A DNA stretch of 64,000 nt from Coprothermobacterota bacterium (GTDB lineage: Bacteria; Coprothermobacterota; Coprothermobacteria; Coprothermobacterales; Coprothermobacteraceae). Shown in pieces: positions 39,050 to 54,832 of this stretch. Both the position numbers and the translations under genes were made by a program. The stretch lies in contig JAZIGN010000003.1 in NCBI GenBank assembly GCA_036679065.1, forward strand, positions 448,001-512,000, read 5' to 3'. Every line of letters begins with the position of its first letter. Position 1 is the stretch's first letter. The notes beneath the pieces were generated by a model. It made no database searches. It saw only the letters and a program-made list of their open reading frames with translations, and was not told the DNA's origin.

Positions 39050-40957
39050 GTGGAAAAACGTGGTCTTCCTGAAGGAGCTTATGGAGTTAAGCCTGGACAA
39101 ACGTACGTACCTTATGTCCCCGCAGAGAAGGTCATGCCTGAGTTTACGGTTTACTCCATCGTTTTGGGCGTTATTTTGTCCGTCATTTTTGGTGCAGCTA
39201 ATGCGTACCTGGGTTTAAAAGTAGGTATGACGATTTCTGCTTCCATCCCGGCAGCTGTGATTTCTATGGCAATTACACGTGGATTGCTGCATAGGAATTC
39301 AATACTTGAAAACATGACTGTTGAGAACGTAGCATCTGCGGGAGAGTCGCTTGCTGCTGGAGCTATCTTCACACTTCCAGCACTTTTTATGTGGGGTTTG
39401 AACCCGAGTCCATGGGTAATGGGTGCACTCACGTTCATAGGTGGCACTCTGGGCGTCCTGTTTATGGTTCCATTGAGGCGGTATCTAATCGTTGGCCAGC
39501 ATGGTGTGCTGCCCTATCCTGAAGGTGTAGCCTGTGCAGAAGTGTTGGTGGCTGGTGAAGAGGGCGGTGTCAGCGCTTATTACATTGTTGTAGGCGGCTT
39601 AGTAGGCTTCATCTACAAATTCTTGACTGATGGGCTAAAGCTCTTCCCTTACGAAATCGAAACGCAGATCCCTGGCTTGAAAAACGCTGCTATAGGAATG
39701 GATGTTTATCCTTCATTGTTAGGTGTGGGTTTCATTGTTGGACCAAAGATTTCTTCTTACATGTTCGTGGGAGCAATATTTGGCTGGCTCATACTAACGC
39801 CTTTGATTACGTTCTTTGGAAGTGGTGTAACAACTGCCATATTCCCTAGCAGTGTACCACTCGGTGAGATGTCGTATTCAGAAATCTGGGCTAACTATGT
39901 TAGATACATAGGAGCAGGAGCCATGTTGGGTGGCGGTGTTATCAGCTTGATAAAAGAGTTGCCTATGATGATTACCTCGTTTAGGGATGCCCTAAAAGGA
40001 TATGGGCAGAAAGCAACTCAGGTGCTTAGAACAGATGCGGACATGGATCCCAAGTGGCTCATTGTTGGCATAGTTGCACTAATCATCTTCATGGCATTGT
40101 TGCCTCAAATTCCCGTGGGATGGCTCGGTGCGGTTCTGGTCGCGATTTTCGGCTTTTTCTTCGTCACAGTCAGCTCTAGGCTTGTGGGTATGGTGGGTAG
40201 CTCATCTAACCCTGTTTCAGGTATGACTATTGCAACAATCTTGTTGACAGCACTCATAATGAAAGCCTCTGGGTGGACCGGAGTTGAGGGCATGGCTGCT
40301 TCTTTGGCAGTTGCTGCCGTAGTCTGCACAGCTGCAGCTAGCGCTGGTGACATATCTCAGGACTTAAAAGCCAGCTACTTGCTTGGTGCAACGCCCTGGC
40401 GTCAACAGGTAGCACAGATTATAGGAATCGCAGCGTCGGCTTGTGTGATAGGTTTTGTGCTCATTCTGCTAAACGAAGCTTGGGGCTTTGGCAGTAAAGA
40501 TCTACTAGCACCTCAGGCAACGTTGATGAAGATGATTGTAGAAGGAGTGTTCAATGCACAGCTCCCATGGGTGCTTATCATTTTCGGTGTCATACTCTCA
40601 ATAATGTTGGAAATCTTACAAATTCCCATTTTACCAGTTGCTATTGGATTGTACTTACCCATACATTTATCTACTCCGATCATGGTTGGTGGACTTGTTA
40701 GGGGTATATTGGATAATGCCCTGAAGAAAAAACCTGAAGAACAAGAAGCTAGAACGGAAACCGGTATACTTTACAGCTCTGGTTTAATTGCTGGCGAGGC
40801 TTTGATGGGTTTGGTTCTTGCCTTGTTGGCTTACTTTGATGTGAGTACGGCGTTGGCTGAGGGCGCAGTAATGCCTTCTTGGGCTTCTCTAGTTATGTTC
40901 GCATTAGTCACATGCACCTTGGTTTACTATGCGTTTAAGAAACCTAGAAACGCTTAG
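39050..40957 (+). CDS. OPT family oligopeptide transporter
   Basis: ANAYLGLKVG..ISASIPAAVIS, SAGES, YPEG.ACAEVL, SSNPVSGMTIAT, QDLK, APQA.LM, SGLIAGE; extended -10 TGaTAGAAT at 39003-39011. Confidence 0.95.
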   Translation: MEKRGLPEGAYGVKPGQTYVPYVPAEKVMPEFTVYSIVLGVILSVIFGAANAYLGLKVGMTISASIPAAVISMAITRGLLHRNSILENMTVENVASAGESLAAGAIFTLPALFMWGLNPSPWVMGALTFIGGTLGVLFMVPLRRYLIVGQHGVLPYPEGVACAEVLVAGEEGGVSAYYIVVGGLVGFIYKFLTDGLKLFPYEIETQIPGLKNAAIGMDVYPSLLGVGFIVGPKISSYMFVGAIFGWLILTPLITFFGSGVTTAIFPSSVPLGEMSYSEIWANYVRYIGAGAMLGGGVISLIKELPMMITSFRDALKGYGQKATQVLRTDADMDPKWLIVGIVALIIFMALLPQIPVGWLGAVLVAIFGFFFVTVSSRLVGMVGSSSNPVSGMTIATILLTALIMKASGWTGVEGMAASLAVAAVVCTAAASAGDISQDLKASYLLGATPWRQQVAQIIGIAASACVIGFVLILLNEAWGFGSKDLLAPQATLMKMIVEGVFNAQLPWVLIIFGVILSIMLEILQIPILPVAIGLYLPIHLSTPIMVGGLVRGILDNALKKKPEEQEARTETGILYSSGLIAGEALMGLVLALLAYFDVSTALAEGAVMPSWASLVMFALVTCTLVYYAFKKPRNA

Positions 40958-41030
40958 TGTGGGAAACTAGTGCTTATAAGATGTGGGGGGCCTTTTTAGG
41001 GCCCCCTATAAGGTGAGTGAGGGATAGATT

Positions 41031-41390
41031 TTGGCGAAGAGGAATGCGCTGGATCTTGTGCCTGTGAAAAAAAAGCACGTCCATTGGGTTGACGAAGGAG
41101 AAATTATTAAACTAAAGATATATAGAAATCACTGGTATGATGCTTTAATGCACAGACTATTTAAAACGCCTCTAGAGATTACCATTGATCTGGACAAAGT
41201 TGGCTCTGAAGTCTGGCGATTGATTAATGGGGAAGATGATATAAAGACGATAGGGCTCAAGCTTAAAGAGCGTCTAGGAGATGAAGTTGAGCCTCTGTTT
41301 CCACGGCTGGTTACATTCGTTACTTATCTGTACAATGGCAACCTGATATATTACAAAAAACCCGATTTAAAGGATAAAGAGAGCCTATGA
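41031..41390 (+). CDS. PqqD-family (RRE-like) protein
   Basis: N.LDLVP, IDLDKVGSEVWRLING....I...L.E......PRL..F...L pattern. Confidence 0.75.
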   Translation: MAKRNALDLVPVKKKHVHWVDEGEIIKLKIYRNHWYDALMHRLFKTPLEITIDLDKVGSEVWRLINGEDDIKTIGLKLKERLGDEVEPLFPRLVTFVTYLYNGNLIYYKKPDLKDKESL

Positions 41391-41749
41391 GTGAAACATG
41401 GGGCATGGTAATTGCTGTCTTTCTTTCAGCAATCGCTGGCGCTGTGGTCTTCTTGTGGGGTGTAAGGAAAGAAAGAGAACTACCAAAAATACTTTCTGAC
41501 CAGCTAGTAGTGAAGGCTTCGGACGTCGTCCTAAAAACGTTGAAGAAACAAAGTGAAGCTACGAAGAAAGACTTAGCAGGCTTACTAGATGGCTTAGTTG
41601 TTGGCCCCTTTTGGAGTAGCCGTAAACTGAAAATCACTGACCCTGAAAAGGTTTTGGATATTGTGCTACCTCTATTGGTGGAGGAGGGCAAAATAGAAGA
41701 AATAAGGCGTAGTGGAAACACTTTTTACCGTTTAAAGAAGAAGAGCTAA
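41387..41749 (+). CDS. hypothetical protein (N-terminal TM plus winged-helix-like domain)
   Basis: ATGA overlap with PqqD gene; TM followed by L..LVEEGKI...Y.L pattern. Confidence 0.6.
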   Translation: MSETWGMVIAVFLSAIAGAVVFLWGVRKERELPKILSDQLVVKASDVVLKTLKKQSEATKKDLAGLLDGLVVGPFWSSRKLKITDPEKVLDIVLPLLVEEGKIEEIRRSGNTFYRLKKKS

Positions 41750-41760
41750 GGGGCTTATTA

Positions 41761-41810
41761 TGGTATACTAATGTATAGTATTGACTTGTTTTACCAAAAC
41801 TGGTTATACT
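41761..41810 (+). promoter_or_regulatory. tandem rRNA operon promoters
   Basis: Extended -10 TGgTATACT (41761-41769) and TTGACT-N18-TATACT (41781-41810). Confidence 0.6.
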
Positions 41811-42024
41811 TAACAATGCCTGCCTAACGAGATAGGCACGGTGAGGCGCAGCGCGGGAGCGATGCGCTATGGAGCAGGACACCGAAAGGTGAAAAACCGG
41901 GGACAGGAAGAAGAGGAAGAAGCGGTCGGAAACGACAAAGCGTATCCATAAGGATACAGTGAATCAAATAGAGTAGGGATTAGACCTAAAGGGAAAAGTA
42001 TATGAAGTAGATACACATATATAT

Positions 42025-43570
<1,546 letters not shown>

Positions 43571-43756
43571 TTGAAAAAAAGAAACTCCTTTTTCTTCTTC
43601 TTTCTTCCTGATCCCGGTAATGCACGCTAAACAACTGGGGAGAAGGTAGAGAAGGCATACAAATACAAAGGCACAATAAAGTAAGCCGTGTGAGAGCAAT
43701 TGGAAGCCCATTGTAAAAAAGACAAGCGCGTAAGAGGTAGAAGGAAAAAGCAAGTG

Positions 43757-46778
<3,022 letters not shown>

Positions 46779-46925
46779 CACTTATAAGAAGGCCTTGAAT
46801 ACCAAAATAAGCGTTTGTAGTAATAAGCGATGGGTAGAAGAAAAGCGCTTACATGGCAACACATGATTGTGCTTAAGTAGAAAGCCTTTAGAAACCTTCT
46901 CCAACAGTTGTTTAGTGTGTAAAAA

Positions 46926-47049
46926 GGGACTTAGTGCCCACGCCCTGGGGAAACGCCCGGACCCATTCCGAACCCGGAAGCTAAGCTCAGGGAAGCCGAT
47001 GGTACTGGTGTGCGGGAGCTGCCGGGAGAGTAGGTTGGTGCTAAGTCCC
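46926..47049 (+). rRNA. rrf: 5S ribosomal RNA
   Basis: Helix I GGGACTTAGTGC / GTGCTAAGTCCC, CCCATTCCGAAC, GATGGTACT, GGGAGAGTAGG; followed by CCTTTTTATTT. Confidence 0.95.
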
Positions 47050-47149
47050 CCTTTTTATTTTGTGGTAACTGCGCCTTTTTACCTTACTTAAGTTCTATTG
47101 CTATAAAGAGATAAAGCCCACAAGTTCTCAGAATGCTTGCGTGCCGCTT

Positions 47150-47869
47150 TTAATTGGGTAGTTTTACAAAGCCTTTTAAAGCGTACCTAACAACACTTTT
47201 CGCTAGCGCCTCAGTGGAGTCTACCACCGGAATGGGAGGCACCAAGTAGTCTAGAACTAAAGGCAGTTCAGTACATGCCATTATAAGCACGTCAGCTTTT
47301 TGATCTTTGTACCACTGCAGAAGTTCTTCTGCTTTGTCAATAACCTCTTTTATACATCCCTGCTTTATGGAATAAATCACCTTCATGAGCTCTTCTTGTA
47401 ACTCATTTGTGGGCAGAATTAGCTTGTACCCTCTCTGCATGAGTGGTTCATCGTACAGATGCGATGAAAAAACACCCATGGTACCAGCTAAACCTATCGA
47501 TTTAGCTTGCGAAAATGTCCCCTTTAGTTCATTCAATACACTGTCTACAATGCTTATGAAGTCTACATGAATGTGAGCTTTGATGTCGCTTTCAAAAATG
47601 TGAGCAGTGTTGCAAGCCATACAAATAGCATTTACTCCTGCTGATTCCAAAAGGCGTGCTGACTCTAAAATAAAAGGCAAGGGGTTTTCTCCCTTGCCAA
47701 GAATGTAGTCAGTTCTGTCTGGTATGGACGTATTATTATCAATGATTAGGTGTAGGTGATCTTGGTCTTTGTTAGCAGGCGTATTCCGCAAAATCTTTCT
47801 AAATAAATCCAAGGTCGCTTCTGGGCCCATACCACCAATGATGCCGATTTTAACTTTGTCTTGAGCCAT
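47150..47869 (-). CDS. aspartate/amino-acid racemase (RacD/RacX family)
   Basis: GIIGGMGPEAT, IPDRT, ACNTAH, ACTELP (two catalytic Cys). Confidence 0.9.
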   Translation of the reverse strand: MAQDKVKIGIIGGMGPEATLDLFRKILRNTPANKDQDHLHLIIDNNTSIPDRTDYILGKGENPLPFILESARLLESAGVNAICMACNTAHIFESDIKAHIHVDFISIVDSVLNELKGTFSQAKSIGLAGTMGVFSSHLYDEPLMQRGYKLILPTNELQEELMKVIYSIKQGCIKEVIDKAEELLQWYKDQKADVLIMACTELPLVLDYLVPPIPVVDSTEALAKSVVRYALKGFVKLPN

Positions 47870-47877
47870 ACCTTAGC

Positions 47878-48060
47878 CTATTTTTCTTCCTGTGGCATGT
47901 GTCCCATGGGTCCTTCTTTTAGGTACTTTTCTGGGTCAGCTTTAAAAGCATTCAAGCACGACTCGGAACAGAAGTAGTATGTGGTTCCTTTGTACTCATA
48001 GGTGCCTTTTGCAGTTTCCTCTTTGACTACCATACCGCAAACGGGGTCGATGTGCTTCAT
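47878..48060 (-). CDS. YHS domain protein
   Basis: DPVCGM.V, YYFCSESC..AF.ADPEKY; ATG 48060 after GGAGGTG. Confidence 0.9.
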   Translation of the reverse strand: MKHIDPVCGMVVKEETAKGTYEYKGTTYYFCSESCLNAFKADPEKYLKEGPMGHMPQEEK

Positions 48061-48084
48061 AAGAATTGTGTACACCTCCTTTCT

Positions 48085-50265
48085 CTAAAGTTTAATACGA
48101 TTTAGTCTGAGCGAGTTGGTCACCACATTTACTGAACTGAAGGCCATGGCAATTTCAGCTATTACTGGATGGATAGCTCCCATCATTGCCAAGGGCAAAG
48201 CAAGGAGATTGTAAAAGAACGCCCAGAACAGATTTTGTGAGATCTTTTTCGCTGTGGCCTTGGCTATTTTCACAGTCTTTACAATGGTTCCTATGTCGGT
48301 CTTGTAAATAACTACATCACCAGATTCAATAGCTACGTCGGTTCCGCTCCCCATGGCAATGCCTACATCGGCAAGTCTCAAAGCGGGCGCGTCGTTTATG
48401 CCGTCTCCTACCATAGCTATGATGCTTTCGGGCTGTTCTGCCTTTAGACGTTTTATGAAGTCTAGTTTGTCCTCTGGTAGTGCGTTCGCTTTGAACGTTT
48501 TTATACCAACTGCAGTAGCTACGGCTTTCACAACCTCTTCTCTATCTCCGCTCAAAAGTACAGGTTCGATACCCATCGCTTTTAGTTCTTCTATGGCCAT
48601 GGCAGCATCTTCCCTCACAGGATCATAAAGTGCACAAACGGCTAATAAAACTTGATCAGTTTCATCGTAAAGTGCCACCGTGCTATCTGTTGGGTCTATG
48701 AACTGCTGAACGTCTTGTCTTCTTTTAGGCTTACCTAATGAATAGGTTTTGCCACTGAACGTTGCTAGAACACCCAATCCTGGAGTCTCTTTAACATTCT
48801 CTAGCTGTAGAGCTGAGTCCATCTTCTTGTTCTCTTCGAAGTAAGCAACTATGGCTCTGGATAGTGGGTGTTGTGACTGCTTTGCCATACTGTACATAAG
48901 TTGCTCCGCGTTTTCTTCAAACGCTACTATTCTTCTCACTGTGGGTTTACCGGTTGTTAACGTACCGGTTTTGTCGAAAACAACAGTGTTCACAGATGCC
49001 AGTCGCTGGAAAGCTGATCCGTCTTTGAAGTAAGCACCGTGCTTAGCTGCTAAGCCAGAAGCAACTATGACAGCTGTGGGCGTAGCTAAACCCAAGGCGC
49101 ATGGACAGGCGATCACTAGAGTGGCTATTGAGGCGAAAGCTGCCAAGGAGAATCCAGTAAGTCCTTTGGGGACCCAAGGTAAGATTGAGGAAAGGTAATT
49201 ATTAACGTTAGCAGCAAGCCCTGGGAAGGCAAGCCAGAATATAAAGGTGAAAACCGCTAAGGAAATCACAGCAGGCACAAAAATCGCTATAACCTTATCC
49301 AGGTTATCTTGTATGGGCATGCGAGCAGCCTGCGCTTGCTGTACTAGATCTATTAGGTGGCTAAGAAATGTGTCCTCTCCAACTCTTGTTGCTTTTACCT
49401 TTATGGGGCTCCCCAGGTTTATACTTCCCCCTATGACACTATCACCTATGTTTTTTTGCACTGGCATGGATTCGCCACTAATCATAGATTCATCAACGTA
49501 GCATTCGCCCTCCAAAAGAATGCCATCAGTGGGTATGCGTTCGCCAGGCCTTACTACCATAATGTCTCCTGGGTCTAGTTGTTGAACAGGTATCTCTACT
49601 TCTATACCGTCCACGATAATGCGTGCAGTTTGTGGCCTAAGATCCAATAACGCCCTTATGGATTTTGCAGCACGTTTCTTTGCTGAGCTTTCTAAGTATT
49701 TGCCCAGCAAATTAAAGAACAATATCATTGCTCCCACAGACGCAAAGCTGTATACCGATGGATAGACTAAACTTATAGCTCCCGATAGCACTGCCATGAC
49801 AATGCCAGAAGCTACCAGAACATCCATGGTCCATTGTCCATGGAACAGAGCTTTGAAGGCTCTTGATACGGTCTCCTGACCAGCTGTAGCCACAGCCAAA
49901 GCAGAAAGAATAAGCTGAAGTAGTTCCATGTTTGGGAACATGATGCCACTCATATGCATGACCATGAGAATGGTCACGGGAACCATGAATAACGTTGAGG
50001 CAATGAATTGCTCTTTTATACGCTGCAACTCCTCGTTGGTTTTTGCCTGCTCAATATCTAGTGCGTAACCAACCTTTGACACGTTTTTGGCAATCTCAAC
50101 TAAGTCCACCTTTTCTTCTTCGTATTCGATAAAGGCTTGATCAGTGGCTAAATTCACCTCTACACTGACAACACCTGGTGTATGTGCAATGGCTGTCTTG
50201 ACTGTATTAACGCAGGAAGCGCAAGACATTCCTCTTACTTCTACTACCGCTTTCTTTTTTGCCAT
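48085..50265 (-). CDS. copA: Cu(I)-translocating P1B-type ATPase
   Basis: GMSCASC metal-binding domain, SGES, IACPCALG, DKTGT, HP, GDGINDAP, YN and MAFSS. Confidence 0.92.
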   Translation of the reverse strand: MAKKKAVVEVRGMSCASCVNTVKTAIAHTPGVVSVEVNLATDQAFIEYEEEKVDLVEIAKNVSKVGYALDIEQAKTNEELQRIKEQFIASTLFMVPVTILMVMHMSGIMFPNMELLQLILSALAVATAGQETVSRAFKALFHGQWTMDVLVASGIVMAVLSGAISLVYPSVYSFASVGAMILFFNLLGKYLESSAKKRAAKSIRALLDLRPQTARIIVDGIEVEIPVQQLDPGDIMVVRPGERIPTDGILLEGECYVDESMISGESMPVQKNIGDSVIGGSINLGSPIKVKATRVGEDTFLSHLIDLVQQAQAARMPIQDNLDKVIAIFVPAVISLAVFTFIFWLAFPGLAANVNNYLSSILPWVPKGLTGFSLAAFASIATLVIACPCALGLATPTAVIVASGLAAKHGAYFKDGSAFQRLASVNTVVFDKTGTLTTGKPTVRRIVAFEENAEQLMYSMAKQSQHPLSRAIVAYFEENKKMDSALQLENVKETPGLGVLATFSGKTYSLGKPKRRQDVQQFIDPTDSTVALYDETDQVLLAVCALYDPVREDAAMAIEELKAMGIEPVLLSGDREEVVKAVATAVGIKTFKANALPEDKLDFIKRLKAEQPESIIAMVGDGINDAPALRLADVGIAMGSGTDVAIESGDVVIYKTDIGTIVKTVKIAKATAKKISQNLFWAFFYNLLALPLAMMGAIHPVIAEIAMAFSSVNVVTNSLRLNRIKL

Positions 50266-50423
50266 ATTTTTCACCATCCAAAACAACGTTCTCACTTACA
50301 GTATAACCAGAATCAAGTATGAATAAACGGAATACACTTTTTGCTAGTTAAATGCATAGTTGGCTCCATGAATTCACATGTTAAAAATGCGAGTACAATA
50401 TATAAAAAGGAAGTGATAGCTCG

Positions 50424-51179
50424 ATGCGACTCCTAAGATTAAAAGGGCTGAGCAATGTTTGTTTTTCCTGGGAAGAAGGAGAAGCAGCTGTATCCGGTTT
50501 AAATGGTGTGAACTGGAAGAGGTTCAGCTATGAAGATCTGGATGCGCCAATAATCCCAAGTAAAGCCGTTTGTGTGGGGCTGAATTACAGAAGCCACATA
50601 GAAGAAATGGGTGAAAAGCTCCCTGAAGAGCCTACATTGTTCTTAAAACCGCGTACGGCCGTGATAGGGCCAAATGACAGTATCTTACTGCCCCCTCAAT
50701 CAAAACGTGTAGATTATGAAGGGGAGCTCGCAGTAGTCATCAAAGATCGTACGTATTGGGTAAGCGAAGAGGAAGCGCATAAACATGTGCTAGGTTACAC
50801 CATTGCCAATGATGTTACTGCACGAGATCTTCAGAGCAAGGATGGTCAGTGGACTAGAGCCAAATCATTTGATACGTTTTTGCCTTTGGGGCCCTGGATT
50901 GAAACTGATGTGGACCCAATGAATCTTCGCCTCAGGACGCTAGTAAATGGGCAAGTACGTCAAGAGGGAAACACAGCTGACTTAATTTTCGATGTATTCT
51001 ATCTTGTCAGTTTCGTTTCAAAGATAATGACCCTGGAAGCTGGCGATATCATACTCACTGGAACACCTTCGGGAGTAGGTCCTTTAAGTGCAGGAGACGA
51101 AGTGGTGGTAGAAATAGAAGGCATTGGAAGACTGGTTAATGGGGTTAAACCCATGGAGATAGTAGGCAATGACAGATAA
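50424..51179 (+). CDS. fumarylacetoacetate hydrolase family protein
   Basis: [46 protein letters not shown]. Confidence 0.92.
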   Translation: MRLLRLKGLSNVCFSWEEGEAAVSGLNGVNWKRFSYEDLDAPIIPSKAVCVGLNYRSHIEEMGEKLPEEPTLFLKPRTAVIGPNDSILLPPQSKRVDYEGELAVVIKDRTYWVSEEEAHKHVLGYTIANDVTARDLQSKDGQWTRAKSFDTFLPLGPWIETDVDPMNLRLRTLVNGQVRQEGNTADLIFDVFYLVSFVSKIMTLEAGDIILTGTPSGVGPLSAGDEVVVEIEGIGRLVNGVKPMEIVGNDR

Positions 51180-52548
51180 TAGGTTTCAGGATTCACTTTT
51201 CAAGCCTAGTAGCAAATGGATTCCCTTAGCAGAGAGAATGCGTCCACGTACCCTAGACGAAATAGTGGGGCAGGATAAAGCTTTTGGAAAGGGAACGCTG
51301 CTTCGCAAATTAATCGAAGAAGATAAGCTCACCTCTTTGGTATTATGGGGCCCGCCTGGAGTTGGGAAAACCTCTATTGCCATGGTGATAGCCAATACAA
51401 CGAAAGCACGCTTTTTACGGTTTAGCGCTGTTACCTCAGGCATTAAAGAGATAAAGGAAGTACTGGAAGATGCTGAAGTTCAGTTTAACATGGGACGAAG
51501 AACTGTAATATTCGTGGATGAAATACATCATTTCAACAAAACGCAGCAGGATGCATTCCTCCCTTATGTGGAGAAGGGAGCTGTAGTTCTCATTTGTGCC
51601 ACTACGGAGAATCCCTCTTTTGAAATCATAAGTCCTCTATTGTCCAGGTCGAAGGTGGTAGTGCTTGAGCCCTTGGAGGCAGAGGATATCAAGACCATAC
51701 TTTACAGAGCGCTAGCTGATAAAGAGCGGGGGCTTGGCAATGAGCGTGTGGTCATAACAGATGAGCAGCTGATGCGTATTGCTGTTTATTCCGATGGTGA
51801 TGCGCGTATTGCCTTGAATACATTGGAGATGGCTGTATTTGGCACTGATCCCAACAGCGAAGGGATTAGGGTGATTAGTGACGAGGTCATCAGCGAGGCC
51901 CTTCAGAAGAAGACTTTGCTTTACGACAAGGCAGGGGAAGAGCATTACAATCTCATCTCGGCGCTTCACAAATCCATGCGCAATAGCGATCCTGATGCTG
52001 CACTGTATTGGCTTGCTCGGATGCTGGAAGCTGGAGAAGATCCTTTGTATGTTGCACGCCGTATTGTCCGTTTTGCTTCTGAAGATGTTGGCATGGCCGA
52101 CCCCCAAGCACTCATGCAAGCGGTGGCTGCTTTTGATGCAGCGAATTACATTGGAATGCCAGAATGCACAGCCAACCTGGCTCAAGCAGTTGTCTATCTT
52201 TCGTTAGCCCCGAAGTCCAATAGCCTGTATGTGGGCTATGAAAAGGCAAAACAAGATGCTCTGGAAACCATGGCGGAACCAGTTCCATTGCATCTTAGAA
52301 ACGCCCCTACTAGGCTCATGAAAGAGGTTGGATACGGAAAGGATTACAAGTACAGTCACGACTATGAAGAACACATTGCAGATATGGAATGCCTCCCTCC
52401 CAACTTGCTGGGAAAGCGCTACTACTTGCCTTCTGATCAGGGATTGGAGAGCAAATACGGGCAACGTCTTGAGCATCTCATGGGAGTGAAGAAGAAGCGC
52501 AGGGAAAATAAATCAAAGAACAACAAAGACGAGAACATCGAGAAATAA
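51169..52548 (+). CDS. rarA: replication-associated recombination protein A (AAA+)
   Basis: [54 protein letters not shown]. Confidence 0.95.
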   Translation: MTDNRFQDSLFKPSSKWIPLAERMRPRTLDEIVGQDKAFGKGTLLRKLIEEDKLTSLVLWGPPGVGKTSIAMVIANTTKARFLRFSAVTSGIKEIKEVLEDAEVQFNMGRRTVIFVDEIHHFNKTQQDAFLPYVEKGAVVLICATTENPSFEIISPLLSRSKVVVLEPLEAEDIKTILYRALADKERGLGNERVVITDEQLMRIAVYSDGDARIALNTLEMAVFGTDPNSEGIRVISDEVISEALQKKTLLYDKAGEEHYNLISALHKSMRNSDPDAALYWLARMLEAGEDPLYVARRIVRFASEDVGMADPQALMQAVAAFDAANYIGMPECTANLAQAVVYLSLAPKSNSLYVGYEKAKQDALETMAEPVPLHLRNAPTRLMKEVGYGKDYKYSHDYEEHIADMECLPPNLLGKRYYLPSDQGLESKYGQRLEHLMGVKKKRRENKSKNNKDENIEK

Positions 52549-52587
52549 AAGGGAGGAACCAGAAACGCAAGTACTTTGGTTCCTCCT
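52543..52587. terminator. terminator between convergent rarA and pepT
   Basis: GGAGGAACCA / TGGTTCCTCC stem preceded by an A tract (U tract on the minus strand). Confidence 0.65.
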
Positions 52588-52619
52588 CACCGGGTCATGT
52601 TGATTAGTTAATTAATGTT

Positions 52620-53852
52620 TTAGTTACCTTGTGCAGCTAGTTTAACAATGTTAACTATGACTTCCACTGCTTTTTCCATGGATTCCACAACTATGTATTC
52701 ATAGGGACCGTGGTAGTTGTGGCCTCCGGTGAACAAATTTGGTGTGGGTAGTCCCATGAAGGTTAAGCGTGAGCCATCGGTTCCGCCTCGCACGGGCCTA
52801 ATAATTGGATCGATACCGGCATCTTTCATTGCTTTTTTCGCAAGCTCGATAATTTCTGGTTTGTCCTTTAGAACTTCATACAGGTTGTAGTATTGGTCTT
52901 TCACGTCTATTTCAAAGGTACCATCACCATATTTCTTATTCATCCATTGGGCAGCGTTTACCATATATGTCTTTCTTTCCTCGAAACGGTCCCTATGGTG
53001 ATCGCGTATGATCCATGTTAGATCTGCGCGGTCAACACTGCCTTCAATGTGGTAAACATGATAGAAACCCTCATACCCTTCTGTGTGGGCAGGTGCTTCA
53101 GCAGGGGGCATTTGATTTATGTAATCCATTGCCATGAGAATGGCGTTTTTCATTTTGTTCTTTGCCTCGCCAGGATGAATGCTCTTACCGTGCACAATCA
53201 CTTTAGCTTGAGCTGCGTTGAACGTTTCGTAGCTCAATTCTCCATATTCCCCACCGTCTAGGGTAAAAGCAAAATCAGCGCCAAATTTTTTCACGTCGAA
53301 ATAGTCTACGCCTCGGCCTACTTCTTCGTCAGGTGTAAATCCTACCTTTATGGTGCCATGTTCTATTTCGGGATGCTCAAGTAGGTACTCCACTGCAGTC
53401 ACTATTTCTGCTATACCTGCTTTATCGTCTGCACCAAGTAGCGTCGTTCCATCGGTGGTTATCAGTGTTTTACCAGCATAGTTCTTTAGATGCGGGAATT
53501 CTTCAGGAGATAGGACACGCCCTGCGCCTAGTTCGATGGTCGACTGCCCATCGTAGTTCTCAATAATCCTTGGCTTAACATTAGCACCGGGGAATTCAGG
53601 ACTGGTATCCATGTGAGCTAGAAAACCAATTACGGGGACATCTTTTCCTTGCACATTACCTGGCAGTGTCGCAGTGACATAGCCGTATTGGTCTACGGCT
53701 GCGTCTGCAAGTCCCAATGACTTTAGTTCCTCTACTAAGTAGTTCGCTAGTTCCAGCTGTTTTGCCGTACTGGGGTAAGTGCTGCTGTTCTCGTCTGACT
53801 GGGTATCGAATGATACATACTTAAGAAAACGCTTCACCAGTTTGTCGCGCAT
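52620..53852 (-). CDS. pepT: peptidase T (tripeptidase)
   Basis: DTQSD, AHMDT, TDGTTLLGADDKAG, FTPDEE, ETFNAA, RGGTDGS, GGHN.HG. Confidence 0.96.
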   Translation of the reverse strand: MRDKLVKRFLKYVSFDTQSDENSSTYPSTAKQLELANYLVEELKSLGLADAAVDQYGYVTATLPGNVQGKDVPVIGFLAHMDTSPEFPGANVKPRIIENYDGQSTIELGAGRVLSPEEFPHLKNYAGKTLITTDGTTLLGADDKAGIAEIVTAVEYLLEHPEIEHGTIKVGFTPDEEVGRGVDYFDVKKFGADFAFTLDGGEYGELSYETFNAAQAKVIVHGKSIHPGEAKNKMKNAILMAMDYINQMPPAEAPAHTEGYEGFYHVYHIEGSVDRADLTWIIRDHHRDRFEERKTYMVNAAQWMNKKYGDGTFEIDVKDQYYNLYEVLKDKPEIIELAKKAMKDAGIDPIIRPVRGGTDGSRLTFMGLPTPNLFTGGHNYHGPYEYIVVESMEKAVEVIVNIVKLAAQGN

Positions 53853-53890
53853 TGTATCAGCTCCTTTTGGCTTCCTTGGCTGTTATTGTA

Positions 53891-54832
53891 TCAACTCTGT
53901 ATTACTTTTTGTATTGTTTCGTCTTCAAAACCTAATAGTCGCATCATCTCCGCGACTTGCTCAGGTGTGGCCTTTTTACTCTTTATTAGATCGACGAACA
54001 AGTCAACGTCTTCGGGGGTTTGTTGCTCTTCTCTGGCAGCTTGCAGCGTAGCAGAGCCGCTCACTGTATTGATTCTAACCGTCGCTACAGGTTTTGGAGC
54101 CGTATCCACTGAGCCTTTTACCCCTTTTAGCAATCGCTGGCCCACTTTTATGGTACCTGACAATGTGCTGAATTCAATTCTGCTTGGAGGTAGAACTGCC
54201 ATGTTTATCACAAGATCGCCTGAAACTGATTTGAACTGGATCGAACGAAAAGTATCGGTAAGCTCTCGTATGACTATGTCACCAGACACAGTTTCCATGC
54301 GCGCTTCTCTGAAGCTAATGTCCTGAGCCAATAGATCCCCACTTACCAAGGACACCCTTAGCTGGTTTTTTGCCTTTACATTCCTTAGTCTAATGTCACC
54401 TGAAGTAGTTTTTATATCGATTTCTTGGCATTCCACATCGGACATGTTTGCATCACCGCTTATGGCTTTTAGTGTTAGCCTGTCTTGGCAATTAGGTGCT
54501 GATAAGTTTACATCTCCGGACACGGTGGAAATGGAAAACTCTTTTGTGGAAGGTAGTGTAATGGTCGCTTTATCCACCCGAAGCGACTTAGATCGCCCAA
54601 AGGACACGAGCGCCATGTGGTTTGCCTCGTACTCTAGAGTAATTTCAAGTTCATCGTCAGTGCGTCTTACCTTGGGCTCGTAAACTTGTATTTTTTCAGC
54701 TTCGCCCTCAAGTTCCACTTCTAAAACTACTTGCGAGTTCTTACCGCTTTTAATTTCAAGATCAGCAGAGACCGCTAATATTTTTAGCTTCTTTTCTGAA
54801 AAGGGTATGGTAAACAGCTTAGTTGTTTTCAT
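53891..54832 (-). CDS. DUF4097 family beta-strand repeat protein
   Basis: Repeated (T/S)xSGD motifs. Confidence 0.82.
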   Translation of the reverse strand: MKTTKLFTIPFSEKKLKILAVSADLEIKSGKNSQVVLEVELEGEAEKIQVYEPKVRRTDDELEITLEYEANHMALVSFGRSKSLRVDKATITLPSTKEFSISTVSGDVNLSAPNCQDRLTLKAISGDANMSDVECQEIDIKTTSGDIRLRNVKAKNQLRVSLVSGDLLAQDISFREARMETVSGDIVIRELTDTFRSIQFKSVSGDLVINMAVLPPSRIEFSTLSGTIKVGQRLLKGVKGSVDTAPKPVATVRINTVSGSATLQAAREEQQTPEDVDLFVDLIKSKKATPEQVAEMMRLLGFEDETIQKVIQS

